Shown in pieces: positions 1 to 14,156 of a stretch of DNA of 64,000 nt. The stretch lies in the NCBI GenBank assembly GCA_031362565.1, contig JANLSU010000048.1, positions 1 to 64,000 of the forward strand, in the 5' to 3' direction. The DNA comes from a bacterium (GTDB taxonomy: Bacteria; Krumholzibacteriota; Krumholzibacteriia; G020349025). The notes under the pieces are model-generated. The model did not search any database. It worked only from the letters and a program-made list of their open reading frames with translations, and was not told the origin of the DNA. Position 1 is the stretch's first letter; the number at the start of each line of letters is the position of its first letter. The translations under genes were made by a program, and so were the position numbers.

Positions 1-122
1 GCCGTGACCTCTTCGAGCCAGCCGGGGCGCGGCCGCTCGAGCAAGAGTCCCAGCAGTCGCCACTCCGCAGCGACCGCGAGAATGCGCCGGCAGTCCGGCG
101 CCGTCGCCATCGTCGCGTTCAT
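1..122 (-). CDS. 5' part of probable TorD/NarJ-like Mo-enzyme maturation chaperone (runs off window start)
   Basis: ATG at 122 overlaps the TGA of the upstream gene (ATGA); reads MNATMATAPDCRRILAVAAEWRLLGLLLERPRPGWLEEVT; position after alpha/beta/gamma is typical for the chaperone. Confidence 0.55.
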   Translation of the reverse strand, partial: MNATMATAPDCRRILAVAAEWRLLGLLLERPRPGWLEEVT

Positions 123-1003
123 GATGCACCTCCCAGTGCCAGCGGGATCCACACCGAGCGCATTTTGCGCGCGCCGACTTCCTGCCGCTTGCCGTTCCAC
201 ACCGCGAATGCCACCTGCGACCGTGCCTGGCCGCGCAGCAACTCCGGCAGCGGCTTGGTGATGACAACGGACCACGTCGACGCCGCCCACGTCCCGGAGC
301 CGTTCGAGCGCGTCTCCGGCATCGGCGTCAGTGTTCCCGGTCCTTCAGCCAGTAGATCCTGCACCGGCCGGTCAAGTGGATGCTCGTTGCGATTCGCGGC
401 GCGTGCCGGCGCGTAGCGCTTCGCCATCTCGAGTTGCTCCGGTGAACCCTTGGTAAGCGAGTGAGCCTCGAATGGATAGTGGTCGACGCTCGCGTTCGGG
501 TAATACACCTGGATCGAGTCGCCGCGCCCATTCGCCTTCGCTTGCCAGGCCGCCGACCAGTAGGTGACCTCGACCGGCATGCCGCTCTCCCCCATCTGCG
601 GCGCCGGCACGTTGGCGCCGGTCACCTGCGGCAGTTGGACCGCGCACGCGTCGGTAAACCGGGCGGCACCCGGCAAGTCGTCCATTGTGGAGTCCACCCA
701 CGACAACCGAAAGGCGACCCGCGTGCCGTCGGTGAGCGCCTGCACTCGCACCGTCGGAGTCGAAGGCACCATGAGCCGCGGTTCCACCAGGTCTTGCGGG
801 ATCAGCGCGGCGTCGTACGCCGGCACGGCCTTCCACACCGGGTCGGCAGGCGTCGTTGGCAGCGTCGCCATCTTCACTGCGACCACTTCGGTCAGCGGCG
901 CAGGGGCGGGCTTGCCACAACCGGCCAGCACGAGCCCCACGCCCGCGAACGCGAGCACGGTGTACCGCACGCGCGCCCAATTCGCAGAGTCTTGCATCGT
1001 CAT
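119..1003 (-). CDS. Heme b gamma subunit of type II DMSO-reductase-family enzyme (EbdC/NxrC-like), lipoprotein
   Basis: Lipobox LAGC; motifs FRLSWVD, DACAVQ, PQMG, AFAVWNG...RK typical of the ethylbenzene dehydrogenase heme domain; follows the beta subunit. Confidence 0.8.
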   Translation of the reverse strand: MTMQDSANWARVRYTVLAFAGVGLVLAGCGKPAPAPLTEVVAVKMATLPTTPADPVWKAVPAYDAALIPQDLVEPRLMVPSTPTVRVQALTDGTRVAFRLSWVDSTMDDLPGAARFTDACAVQLPQVTGANVPAPQMGESGMPVEVTYWSAAWQAKANGRGDSIQVYYPNASVDHYPFEAHSLTKGSPEQLEMAKRYAPARAANRNEHPLDRPVQDLLAEGPGTLTPMPETRSNGSGTWAASTWSVVITKPLPELLRGQARSQVAFAVWNGKRQEVGARKMRSVWIPLALGGAS

Positions 1004-1009
1004 CCCTCC

Positions 1010-2155
<1,146 letters not shown>

Positions 2156-2161
2156 CAGCGC

Positions 2162-5616
<3,455 letters not shown>

Positions 5617-5620
<4 letters not shown>

Positions 5621-7299
5621 GGATGTGCCTCCCAACTGCGAATGTGCGCGACGATGGCTTCGATCTCCGATTGCGCCAGGGCGCGCCGCGTGACGGAGCC
5701 GGTGCCAAATCCCAACATTGAACTGCCGCGCCGGCCGCGGCGAATGGTCTCCACGAGATAGGTGTCGGTCGCGTTCCGCAGCAACGTCGGGTTGGCGAGC
5801 GCGGTGCCTTCGCCGCCCTCGCCGTTCTTGCCGTGGCAGGCGCTGCAGCTCGCGGCGTAGAGCGCCGCGCCAATGCGCGCGTCGCCCGCGACCCAACGCG
5901 CCGGTTTGCCATCGTCGAGCGGACTTGCACCGCCACCCAAGCTGCGGACGTAGGCGACGACGAAATCGATTTCTGCCGGCCGCAAGCCGCCTTCCGACTC
6001 ACCCCAGGCCGGCATGCGACGCGGCCGGCGTCCGTGCGTGATGGTGGCCTTGAGGAATGCGTCGGACGCGATCCCGAGGAAATCCGGATTGCCGATCGCC
6101 GGGAATGCCACCATGCCTGGATAACGCATCCCCTCCCCGTTCGACCCATGACACGCAGCGCAGAACGTGCCGAAGAGAGTGGCGCCATCGGCCGAGAACT
6201 CGCGCGCCCCGAACCGCTCGGCGCGCACCCGATCCTTTGGCCAGTACGCTTCGGGCAGATTGCTGCGCCGCAGCGACAGCATGTAGAAGACGAGCGCATC
6301 GATATCTTTTTCTGTGAGGCCGAATTCCGGCATCGCCGATCCGGCGACCACGACGGCGGGTTTGCGGAAATGCTCCGCGAGCCAGTTCGCGACCGTGTGG
6401 GCGCCCTCGACGTGGGTGAAATTGCGCTGCCCTGGATCCATCTCACCGATGCGAGTGAGATCTGGACCATCGTCACCGCCGACGCCGCCGACCTTGTGAC
6501 AGCCGCGGCAGCCGCGCGAGTGGAAGACCGCCTTGGCCTCAACGAGTCCCGCCGCACCGACCCGCGACACCAGCAGCGCTTCGATGGCGTCGCGATCTTC
6601 GGGGGCGATTTCGGCGAACGACGTGCGCCACGCCCGAACGCGGCTCGTATCGCGCCGCGCCAAGTGGTGTGGGTACCAGTCGCGGTCGAAGCCGGCGGCG
6701 CCGACGCGCGACAGGTCGGGCCCTTCCATACCGCCGGCGCCGCCCGGACGTGTGGTGCCGCCGCGGCCGTCCAGTTTGTGACACGCCAGGCAGTCATTGC
6801 GCTCCACGAGATTCTTGCCGTGTTCCAGTGCGGCAAGGCGCGGCACTTCGAGATGGGTGTGACACCCACCGCAGCCTGCCGCGGCGTAGTGCCGCGGAAT
6901 CATCGGCTGCGGCCAGTTGGGCACGTCGCCGTGCGCCGCGGCGCGCTCCGTAGCACGCCCCTGTCCGCCATGACAAACGGTGCAGCCGAACTCGCCGGGG
7001 TCATGAAAGACGTTGGGATGATGCGCAAAGAGCGCATTGCCGGCGACGCCCGTCTCGCCCGGCGCCATGCCGACGTGGCACGACACGCAGCGGTCCGCCG
7101 CATGCAAGTTGGGCACCACGATCTGCCGCAGCTGCACCTTGAATTCCGCGGCGTTGGCGGCGGGCAAGTGGCGTTTGTAGTCCCGCTGCACGACGCGCCA
7201 CTCTTGCAAGGCGTTTTCGCGATACGCAGCCCATCCGAGCGCTACGAGCGTCGCGAGGCTCGACCAAAGCAGCAGGTGTTTGTTGGCTCGTGCGTTCAT
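5617..7299 (-). CDS. Membrane-anchored multiheme cytochrome c (7 CxxCH)
   Basis: N-terminal TM helix; CVSCH, CTVCH, CGGCH, CLACH, CRGCH, CAACH, CSACH. Confidence 0.9.
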
Positions 7300-7300
7300 G

Positions 7301-8869
7301 TCAATGCACCGGCCACTGGCTCGGCGACCAGAAGAATTCCCAGTTGGGGCCGCGGAAATGCACCCCGATGATCGTCAGCACGACGTAACCGCACAGAAAG
7401 CAGGTGAAGAGCGCCACGGCACCGGCGCGCGTCGAGTCGTACTTCTTGACGAGCGCCACCGAGAACAAGGCATACAAGAGCGTCAGCACCGTGCCGGGGT
7501 TGATGGCGGTAATGACGAGTTGAGGCACGTGCGGCCACCACTGCCGGATCCAGCCGAAGCGGATGACGAAGGCTTCCACTGCCAGCACCGTACCGAGCCC
7601 GAAGGCCGTCGAGCGCAGCACGGTTCGGACCCCACCCGGTCCGCCGAACCATTCACCCGTGCCCGCCGTTTCGCGCTCCAGAAACGGGATGAGCCCGAGC
7701 CCGAGAAGGACGATCGTCGGAATGCCGATGCCGCCCATGAACGCCGAGAACGACACGAGCTCCTGCAGCCCCAAGAAGTACCAAGGTGCCTTGGCGGGAT
7801 TTTCGGGCACGGCGGGATTTGCCAGTTCCTTGAGCGGTGCATCCTTCAGCAATGCCAGCACCACGCAAATGAGGATCGTCAGCATGAACGCGCCGGCTTC
7901 GGCATAGAAGAGATGTGGCATCGCGGGCACGGTGTTCTCGGGCCCATTGCCGACCGCCGGCGTCCGCCCGCGCACCACGGCCGCCAAGTGGTAGGTCTTC
8001 TGCGGCGTCTCGGTGAACACGGGATACGTCGAGGGCTCGAGCGGCTGCAACCGCTGGTCGGCATCAGCGGGGCGGACAATCCCGCCGTCCTTGCGCACCC
8101 GCCACATGTGCACCCCGAGCAACCCTGTCAGCACGAGCGGCAGGATCATGACGTGCAACAAATAGAAGCGGATCAGCGCTTCCTCGCCCACCGTTTCCGA
8201 ACCCAAGAGCAGGAGCTTCGTGAGCCCGCCCGGATCGAAGTACTGGGTCAGGTGCAACGCGTCGGTCAGCTCACGTGGCGACTGGGCGATGTTGGCGCCG
8301 ATGGTGATCGCCCAGTACGCGAGCTGGTCCCAAGGCAGGAGATACCCCGTGAACGATAGACCCAGCGTCACGGCGAGCAGCCCCATGCCGATGATCCAAT
8401 TGAACTCGCGCGGCGGCCGGTAGCCGCCAGTGAAGAACACCCGTGCCATGTGCAGGAAGACGCCGACCACCATGATGTTGGCGGCCCAGCGATGGATGTT
8501 GCGGATGAAGCGCCCCGTGGGCACGACAAAATGAATGTCCTTCATCGACAAGTACGCCACATCGGGATAGGGCTTGTAGTAGAACATGAGCAGAATGCCT
8601 GTCACCAGGGTCAGGAAGAACGCCGCCGCTGTGATGACCCCGAGTCCCATCGTCGCCGACCACCGCAGCGACCAGCGGTGCACGCGCACCGAGTGCAAGT
8701 GCAGGAACAGGCTGCTGAAGACGAAGGTCGAGCGGCTGCGATCGGAACGCGGTGCACCGGAACGCACGACGGCGTCACGAAAGCGTTGCGGCGAGTGCCG
8801 CAGATTGTCGGCGAAGCGGCGCAGAGCCGGCGTCGCCTCCGGGGTGGGCGGGGCAGGCGCGACACTCAT
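7301..8869 (-). CDS. Cytochrome b of Rieske/cytb complex (b6 and subunit IV regions in one chain)
   Basis: [39 protein letters not shown] in place of PEWY; ATG 8869 overlaps the Rieske stop. Confidence 0.9.
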   Translation of the reverse strand: MSVAPAPPTPEATPALRRFADNLRHSPQRFRDAVVRSGAPRSDRSRSTFVFSSLFLHLHSVRVHRWSLRWSATMGLGVITAAAFFLTLVTGILLMFYYKPYPDVAYLSMKDIHFVVPTGRFIRNIHRWAANIMVVGVFLHMARVFFTGGYRPPREFNWIIGMGLLAVTLGLSFTGYLLPWDQLAYWAITIGANIAQSPRELTDALHLTQYFDPGGLTKLLLLGSETVGEEALIRFYLLHVMILPLVLTGLLGVHMWRVRKDGGIVRPADADQRLQPLEPSTYPVFTETPQKTYHLAAVVRGRTPAVGNGPENTVPAMPHLFYAEAGAFMLTILICVVLALLKDAPLKELANPAVPENPAKAPWYFLGLQELVSFSAFMGGIGIPTIVLLGLGLIPFLERETAGTGEWFGGPGGVRTVLRSTAFGLGTVLAVEAFVIRFGWIRQWWPHVPQLVITAINPGTVLTLLYALFSVALVKKYDSTRAGAVALFTCFLCGYVVLTIIGVHFRGPNWEFFWSPSQWPVH

Positions 8870-9360
8870 ACGGCCACCTTCGTTCCCGGCGCAACGACTT
8901 TGCCCTCGTCGATCACGAACGTGTTGCCGCCGGTGTGGGTGACCGCGAGCCACGAGAGCGGCTTCGGCGCCGGGCCGCGGACGACCTGGCCGTCGGGACC
9001 GAAGCGCGAACCGTGGCATGGACAATGGAAGCCGTCTTCGGCCTGTTTGACGATGCAGCCCAGGTGGGTGCAGATCGTCGAAATCGCGAAGATGCCCGCC
9101 GCGTCGCGGAGAATCGCCACCGAGCGGCCCGGAGGCACGAACGCCACGCCGGGGGCGAGGGCGTCCGGCAACGTGACCCGGAATTTCTTCGACGGTGACG
9201 GCAAAACCGCCGCGCGCGGTAGGCGCGCGATGCCGAGTGTCGCGAACAGCAGAGTCGCGGTCGCCGACCAGATGGCGGCGATCCCCAGGAAATCACGCCG
9301 CGGCATCGCTTCAGGGTCGAGCCTCGAGCGTTTCGAACTCGCGGGCGCATTCGCGGTCAT
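8866..9360 (-). CDS. Rieske 2Fe-2S protein
   Basis: Tat motif RRDFLG, CTHLGC and CPCHGS boxes; ATG 9360 overlaps the upstream TGA. Confidence 0.92.
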   Translation of the reverse strand: MTANAPASSKRSRLDPEAMPRRDFLGIAAIWSATATLLFATLGIARLPRAAVLPSPSKKFRVTLPDALAPGVAFVPPGRSVAILRDAAGIFAISTICTHLGCIVKQAEDGFHCPCHGSRFGPDGQVVRGPAPKPLSWLAVTHTGGNTFVIDEGKVVAPGTKVAV

Positions 9361-11339
9361 GCCGGTACCCTCCAAGTCACGTTGAACTGCACGCGCTCCA
9401 TGCTGATGGCATCCACCGGACAGCGCATGGCACAGAGCGCGCAACGAATGCAGCGTTCTTCGTCCTTCAAGATGGCGGCGTTTGCGGCGAGATCGGCATC
9501 GGCGCCGAGCGCGTGACCGATTGCGGCCTGTAGATCGTTTGTCGGCTCGAGGTCGGTGAGCGGCACGATCTTGAGGCAGAGCGTCGGACAAACGTCGACG
9601 CAACCGCCGCAGAGCACACAGCGCGTGCCGTCGAAGACCGGCGTCACTCCGCAGTCGAGACAGCGTGACGCCTCACGCTGCGCCGCGGGCGCGTCGAAGC
9701 AAATCTCGACGCTGGCGCCTGGCGTGGCGAGGCGCTCGGCGGGTTCCAGGGTCGGAATGACGGCGCGGCGAATGTTCTCGTAGCCGGTCTCGCGCCGGTA
9801 GCGTGCCAGCGGCAAGTGTGCTTCGAGGACCTCCGCGGCCAGCGCGCGGCCCATCACCTGCGCGTAGATCGAGCGCGCCGCCTTCTTCCCCGACGCCACC
9901 GCGTCAATGAGAAGCCGCGTGCCGTGTGCCAAGTCACCGGCCACGAACACGCCGGGTGCAGAAGTCGCAAGCGTCTCGGGATCGACGCGCGGCCACCCCG
10001 GCCGCATCTCGTCGATATCCTCACCGCCCGGCCGCAAGAACGTCAGATCGGGTGCCTGCCCTGTCGCGAGCAATACGGTGTCGCAGGGCACGGTGCGCTG
10101 CTCGTCGTCGTCGAACAACGGCGCGAAGCGGCGATTCTCGTCGTACACCCGTACGCAACGCCGGAACACGACGGCCCGCACTGCGGCGCCGTCGCCACGC
10201 TGAATCTCGACCGGTCCCCAACCATTCAGGCGGTCGATGCCTTCCTCATCGCCTTCCCGGATCTCGACGGTGTCGGCGGGCATCTCCTCCAACGTCTCGA
10301 GCGATGCCAGCGTGACCCGGTGCATTCCGGGCAGGCGCGCAGCAGTGCGGGCCGTGTCATAGGCCACCTGCCGGACAACCGTGCGCGCGACGTCGTACGC
10401 AACGTTGCCACCGCCGATCACGACAACGTCGTGGCCGAGTTTCAGCGCCTCGCCGAGTGCCACCGCACGCAGAAAATCGACACCGCCGAACACGAAGGGC
10501 CCGGCCTCGCCCGGAAGGTTCAAGCCGCGCGCCTTCTTGGCGCCAACGGCAATCAGGACTGCCGCGTAGTCGCGCCGCAGTGCCGCGAAGCTCACATCAC
10601 GTCCGACCGCGACGCCACAGCGGATTTCGACCCCGAGAGCCTCGATGACCGCGATCTCGTGCCGAATGAGTTCGCGCGGCAGGCGATATTCCGGCACCCC
10701 GACGTACAACATGCCGGCAGGCACGGGTTCGATTTCGAACACGACCGGCCGGAATCCGAGGAGCGCCAAGTCGTGGGCCGCGGACAATCCCGCCGGTCCG
10801 GCACCAATGATCGCCACGCGCTGGCCGTTGGCGGGCGCGAAGCGGCCTTCAACGGCGCGATGCAGAAGCGCTGCCATCTCTTCCGCATCGGCGGCGACTT
10901 CGGGGACATAGCCACGCACCGCCGCGAGGACCGCAGCGCTTGGCTGGACACTGGCACCAAACATCTCGCAGGCGAAACGTTTGAGAGCCCGAATCGCGAT
11001 CGGCTGGTCGGCGCCCAAATAGACGCCATCGGCGTCGACGCGTGGAATGGTGCCGCGCCGGCAGGCCGCTTCACACGGCGCGCCGCAGACGCGACCGCAG
11101 ATCGAAGCGAACGGATTCGGGCCGCGGGCGATGAGGTACGCTTCTTCGAAGCGCCCGGCGGCGATGGCGCGGACGTAGCCGCGCGCGTCGGTGTGGACGG
11201 GGCAAGCACGCTGGCAGGAAATGAGGTCGCGGTGGTACCCGTCGCCGGGGACCGCCACCTGCAGCCGCGAACGCCCGAAGGGGGGTTCGGGCGTGGCGGC
11301 TTTGGCTGGCGCAGCTGAGATCCCCGGCTCTGGGCTCAT
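9357..11339 (-). CDS. FAD/NAD(P)-dependent oxidoreductase (GltD-like) with C-terminal 2x[4Fe-4S] domain
   Basis: [57 protein letters not shown]. Confidence 0.9.
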   Translation of the reverse strand: MSPEPGISAAPAKAATPEPPFGRSRLQVAVPGDGYHRDLISCQRACPVHTDARGYVRAIAAGRFEEAYLIARGPNPFASICGRVCGAPCEAACRRGTIPRVDADGVYLGADQPIAIRALKRFACEMFGASVQPSAAVLAAVRGYVPEVAADAEEMAALLHRAVEGRFAPANGQRVAIIGAGPAGLSAAHDLALLGFRPVVFEIEPVPAGMLYVGVPEYRLPRELIRHEIAVIEALGVEIRCGVAVGRDVSFAALRRDYAAVLIAVGAKKARGLNLPGEAGPFVFGGVDFLRAVALGEALKLGHDVVVIGGGNVAYDVARTVVRQVAYDTARTAARLPGMHRVTLASLETLEEMPADTVEIREGDEEGIDRLNGWGPVEIQRGDGAAVRAVVFRRCVRVYDENRRFAPLFDDDEQRTVPCDTVLLATGQAPDLTFLRPGGEDIDEMRPGWPRVDPETLATSAPGVFVAGDLAHGTRLLIDAVASGKKAARSIYAQVMGRALAAEVLEAHLPLARYRRETGYENIRRAVIPTLEPAERLATPGASVEICFDAPAAQREASRCLDCGVTPVFDGTRCVLCGGCVDVCPTLCLKIVPLTDLEPTNDLQAAIGHALGADADLAANAAILKDEERCIRCALCAMRCPVDAISMERVQFNVTWRVPA

Positions 11340-11372
11340 GCCTCCGTCCCTTGAGTTTCGTAGGCCACCTGG

Positions 11373-11401
11373 ATTTTCGGATTTACGGACCCGCTAGTCA
11401 A
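11373..11401 (-). promoter_or_regulatory. Putative sigma70 promoter of the NXR-like operon
   Basis: TTGACT-N17-GAAAAT on the minus strand, just upstream of RBS and ATG 11339, next to an AT-rich tract. Confidence 0.5.
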
Positions 11402-11504
11402 GTATTCCGCCTGATATTTTTAAAATACTGTCTAATAAGAAGTTACGATTTTTGTCGCTGATTCCTGGAAGCCGTTGCGTGGACTGGCTTTTGGCCCTAG
11501 GATT

Positions 11505-11532
11505 GAGTACCTGACTTTCGAGTCCGGTATTC
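11505..11532. promoter_or_regulatory. Inverted repeat, candidate Rrf2/IscR-type operator
   Basis: GAGTACCTGACT-TTCG-AGTCCGGTATTC; half-sites resemble IscR type-1 ATASYYGACT; directly upstream of the rrf2 gene. Confidence 0.55.
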
Positions 11533-11557
11533 ACCGCGGTTTCGAAGGGACCCGCCC

Positions 11558-12004
11558 GTGTTCTCCCCGACCTGCCAGTACGCAATCCGCGCCCTGATGT
11601 ACTTGGCACTGCATGAGGGAAAGGGAGCCGCTTTGGCGCGCGACATCGCCGCCGCCGAAGAAATCCCGCGCCAATTCCTGTCGAAGATCCTGCATCAACT
11701 TGCACAGAAAGGGCTGGTGCGTTCGCAGAAGGGGCCGGGCGGCGGCTTCTTCCTTGCACGGGCTGCCAACGAACTCACCGTCGCCGAGATCACGATCGCC
11801 GTGGATGGCATCCAGCAGCCGGCGCGACGCTGTCTGCTCGGGCTCGAGGAATGCAGCGAAGTCGCGAGCTGTGCGCTCCATGAGGCGTGGAAGAAAGTCC
11901 GACTCGACTACGAACGCACCATCGGCGTTCTGACGCTCGCCGATTTGGTCGCGACCCGCGGGCTTCTGAACCCTCTGCCGCATCCGAACCCCACGGATCG
12001 GTAG
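11558..12004 (+). CDS. Rrf2 family FeS transcriptional regulator
   Basis: YAIRAL, IPRQFLSKIL, SQKGPGGGF, C-x6-C-x5-C cluster; divergent from the NXR operon. Confidence 0.92.
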   Translation: MFSPTCQYAIRALMYLALHEGKGAALARDIAAAEEIPRQFLSKILHQLAQKGLVRSQKGPGGGFFLARAANELTVAEITIAVDGIQQPARRCLLGLEECSEVASCALHEAWKKVRLDYERTIGVLTLADLVATRGLLNPLPHPNPTDR

Positions 12005-12054
12005 CTGCAACCTGTCGACTGTCCACCGGCCGAATGCAATCGAGCGGTGTGCTT

Positions 12055-12131
12055 CCCCAAACGAACCCGGCCACCAAGCTCTTACGAGCGAGGAGGCCGG
12101 GCTTCAGGGGCTCGCGAGGAGCCCAACTCTT
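12055..12131. repeat. Conserved structured 77-nt element, copy 1
   Basis: Near-identical to 13818-13894; stems CCCGGCC/GGCCGGG and GGGCTC/GAGCCC. Confidence 0.75.
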
Positions 12132-12217
12132 TCGTGCGTCGCGACGTCGGAACGAAGCGAGCGCGACCGCGTTCTCTGCCGCGGAACGCACCGTTCGAAT
12201 TGTCGTGTGCTGACGCC

Positions 12218-12247
12218 AGTATCGCGACAGGCACGGGGTGGAGTCAA
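12218..12247 (-). promoter_or_regulatory. Putative sigma70 promoter, copy 1
   Basis: TTGACT-N18-GATACT; boxes conserved in the paralogous copy at 14074-14103 while the spacer diverges. Confidence 0.5.
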
Positions 12248-12279
12248 CTTGAAGTTGCGGAGAACGCTGCAACGAAACT

Positions 12280-12297
12280 TTGTGAAATTTTTCACAA
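12280..12297. promoter_or_regulatory. Rex operator (NADH/NAD+ sensor site) 1
   Basis: TTGTGAA-ATTT-TTCACAA, perfect match to the Rex consensus TTGTGAA-N4-TTCACAA. Confidence 0.8.
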
Positions 12298-12313
12298 CTA
12301 GTTCCGGACCGAG

Positions 12314-12331
12314 TTGTGAAAACTTTCACAA
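12314..12331. promoter_or_regulatory. Rex operator 2
   Basis: TTGTGAA-AACT-TTCACAA, second perfect site 34 bp from the first. Confidence 0.8.
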
Positions 12332-12385
12332 ACTCGTGGGCGTGCGGGGAACTCGGAGCGCTGCGCACGGCGGCGGCACCTCGAG

Positions 12386-13052
12386 CTACTGGGCGGCGCG
12401 ACGGCGCTCAGCCAGCTTGGCTTGGCGCACCCGGGACGGCAGGGGCTGGCGGAGTGCCGCTTCGGCGATCGACGAGGCATCGACCAAGCGGTCGAGGTCG
12501 ACGCCGGTTTCGATGCCCATGCCGTGCGGCATGTACACGAGGTCCTCGGTGGCGAGGTTGCCGGTGGCGCCCGGCGCGTAGGGACAGCCACCCAAGCCGC
12601 CGGTCGAGGCATCGAACACGTGCACGCCGAGACCCAGCGCCGCCAGTGCGTTCGCGAGCGCCGTGCCGCGCGTGTCGTGGGAATGCAGTGCGAGCCTCTC
12701 GACATCGAAGGCCTCCAACAACAAGCCCACGACATCGTCGACTTGTGAGGGAACGCCGACCCCGATCGTATCGCCGATCGAAATTTCCTGCACCCCGAGC
12801 GCCAACAAATCGCCGGTGACGCGCGCGACGACGTGCGGATCGACGCGCCCCTCGTACGGGCAGCTGAAGCACGTCGAAACGTAGCCCTGCACTCGCACAC
12901 CGGCACTGCGCGCCCAGACGACGACCGGCCGAAAGCGTTCGATCGACCCGGCGATCGACGCATTGATGTTGCGCTGGTTGAAGGTTTCACTGACGGCCGT
13001 GAAGACGGCTATTTCTTGCACGCCGGCGGCGAGGGCCGCATCGAGCCCCTTC
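12386..13052 (-). pseudogene. 5'-truncated duplicate of HMG-CoA lyase
   Basis: Colinear 667-nt copy of 14157-14823 (KGLDAALAAG... to stop); lacks the N-terminal EVGPRDGLQN catalytic motif and has no convincing start. Confidence 0.8.
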
Positions 13053-13109
13053 TCATAACGACCAAAGGTGGTTGCTCTGCTTGAACGCCGCGGCCCGCAT
13101 GCCGCGACG

Positions 13110-13745
13110 TCAGTGACACATGCCTCCCAATCGCGATGCCAAGAGGGCCAGGTCTGAACTGTCGATGTAGCCGTCTTTGGTGTAGTCGGAACATATCGAA
13201 TAGTTCGGTTGTCCGACCTGGCTGGGGAACTTGTGGGCGAACCTTCCAAACTCCTCGGAATCCACATCGCAATTGGCCGGGAAAGTGTCACAGCCGTTCG
13301 TGCGGATCGGGAGATTGGCGATGAGGACGCCCTCGGCAAGCACACTCAAGCCGTTGGCGCACCCGCCTGCGCGTAGGGCGCCCGTAAACTGGGTCCGGCC
13401 GTTGAGGTCCGTTGGCGCGTCGGCAATATTGCCACCCGGGCACATGCAAAGAAAGCTGTTGAAGAGCACGATTTCCTGCGCCGGCACGCCAGCCAACGGT
13501 GCCCCGTTACAATTCTTGAGGTAGACCTGAATGCCAATTCCGGCTGCCGCGAATGTTTCCCCGCCGCTCGGGTCTATGGTAACGACATCATACGGCTGCC
13601 CAGTACGATACGCGCCGGTGAAGACGCGCGAGAACAACACCGTGGCATACGAGGAATCCGCACAGACGATGCCCATTGCCGGTACAGCCCACCCGATGAG
13701 GGCCACGGCAAGCGGAAAACTCGAAAATACATTCTTGAACTGCAT
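13110..13745 (-). CDS. Secreted Cys-containing hypothetical protein with dockerin/EF-hand-like C-terminus
   Basis: Signal peptide; ADAPTDLNGRTQFTG; DYTKDGYIDSSDL Ca-loop-like motif; RBS GGAGG. Confidence 0.7.
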   Translation of the reverse strand: MQFKNVFSSFPLAVALIGWAVPAMGIVCADSSYATVLFSRVFTGAYRTGQPYDVVTIDPSGGETFAAAGIGIQVYLKNCNGAPLAGVPAQEIVLFNSFLCMCPGGNIADAPTDLNGRTQFTGALRAGGCANGLSVLAEGVLIANLPIRTNGCDTFPANCDVDSEEFGRFAHKFPSQVGQPNYSICSDYTKDGYIDSSDLALLASRLGGMCH

Positions 13746-13817
13746 GTCTTGACCCTCCGAGGCGGAGAGAAGTTGGACCGTCGCGCGACGGAAAGAATAT
13801 CACATCCGCGACTGGCG

Positions 13818-13894
13818 CCCCAAAGCGAACCCGGCCACAAGCTCTTGCAAGCGAGGCGGCCGGGCTTCAGGGGCTCACGAGGAGCCCAACTCTT
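13818..13894. repeat. Conserved structured 77-nt element, copy 2
   Basis: Near-identical to 12055-12131; lies in the leader of the gene starting at 13745. Confidence 0.75.
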
Positions 13895-14073
13895 GCGCGA
13901 AGCAAACTCAACGTCGCCTCTTCGGGACGGGCGCCGGGCCTGCGCACCGTCCATCGGATCCGCCGCGCCGAAACACGCCGACCGAGGAATCATCAAGTCC
14001 TTCGCGACGGCGAATGCGGTCGAGTTCCACCGCGCTCCGGAACGTACCGCGTAATTTGTCGTGCACTAGCGTC

Positions 14074-14103
14074 AGTATCGCGATCGAGACGGGGTGAGGT
14101 CAA
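14074..14103 (-). promoter_or_regulatory. Putative sigma70 promoter, copy 2
   Basis: TTGACC-N18-GATACT. Confidence 0.5.
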
Positions 14104-14156
14104 CTTGCAGTTGATCGTCATGCAAAAGGAACGGGCGGCGCGGCGGGCGGCGGCAG

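Noticed and set aside
5621..5896. Extended N-terminus of nxrA in the ORF track (1244 aa)
   Set aside because: Overlaps the cytochrome c gene; the Tat signal, RBS and ATGA coupling place the start at 5620
9357..11339. Assignment as preT or gltD
   Set aside because: Translationally coupled to Rieske/cytb, has an extra ferredoxin domain, lies far from preA, and no gltB is present
12280..12331. CRISPR mini-array
   Set aside because: Only two 18-bp palindromes 16 nt apart, no cas genes; better explained as Rex operators
12386..13345. 319-aa ORF as an intact second HMG-CoA lyase
   Set aside because: The N-terminal part is an off-frame read of the neighbouring gene, and the catalytic RDG motif is missing
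13818..13894. SAM-I riboswitch (AAGAG...GCCC.TGAAGCCCGGC resemblance on the minus strand)
   Set aside because: Lacks the AUC before AAGAG, the GCAACC core and the P1/P3 elements; no sulfur-metabolism gene downstream
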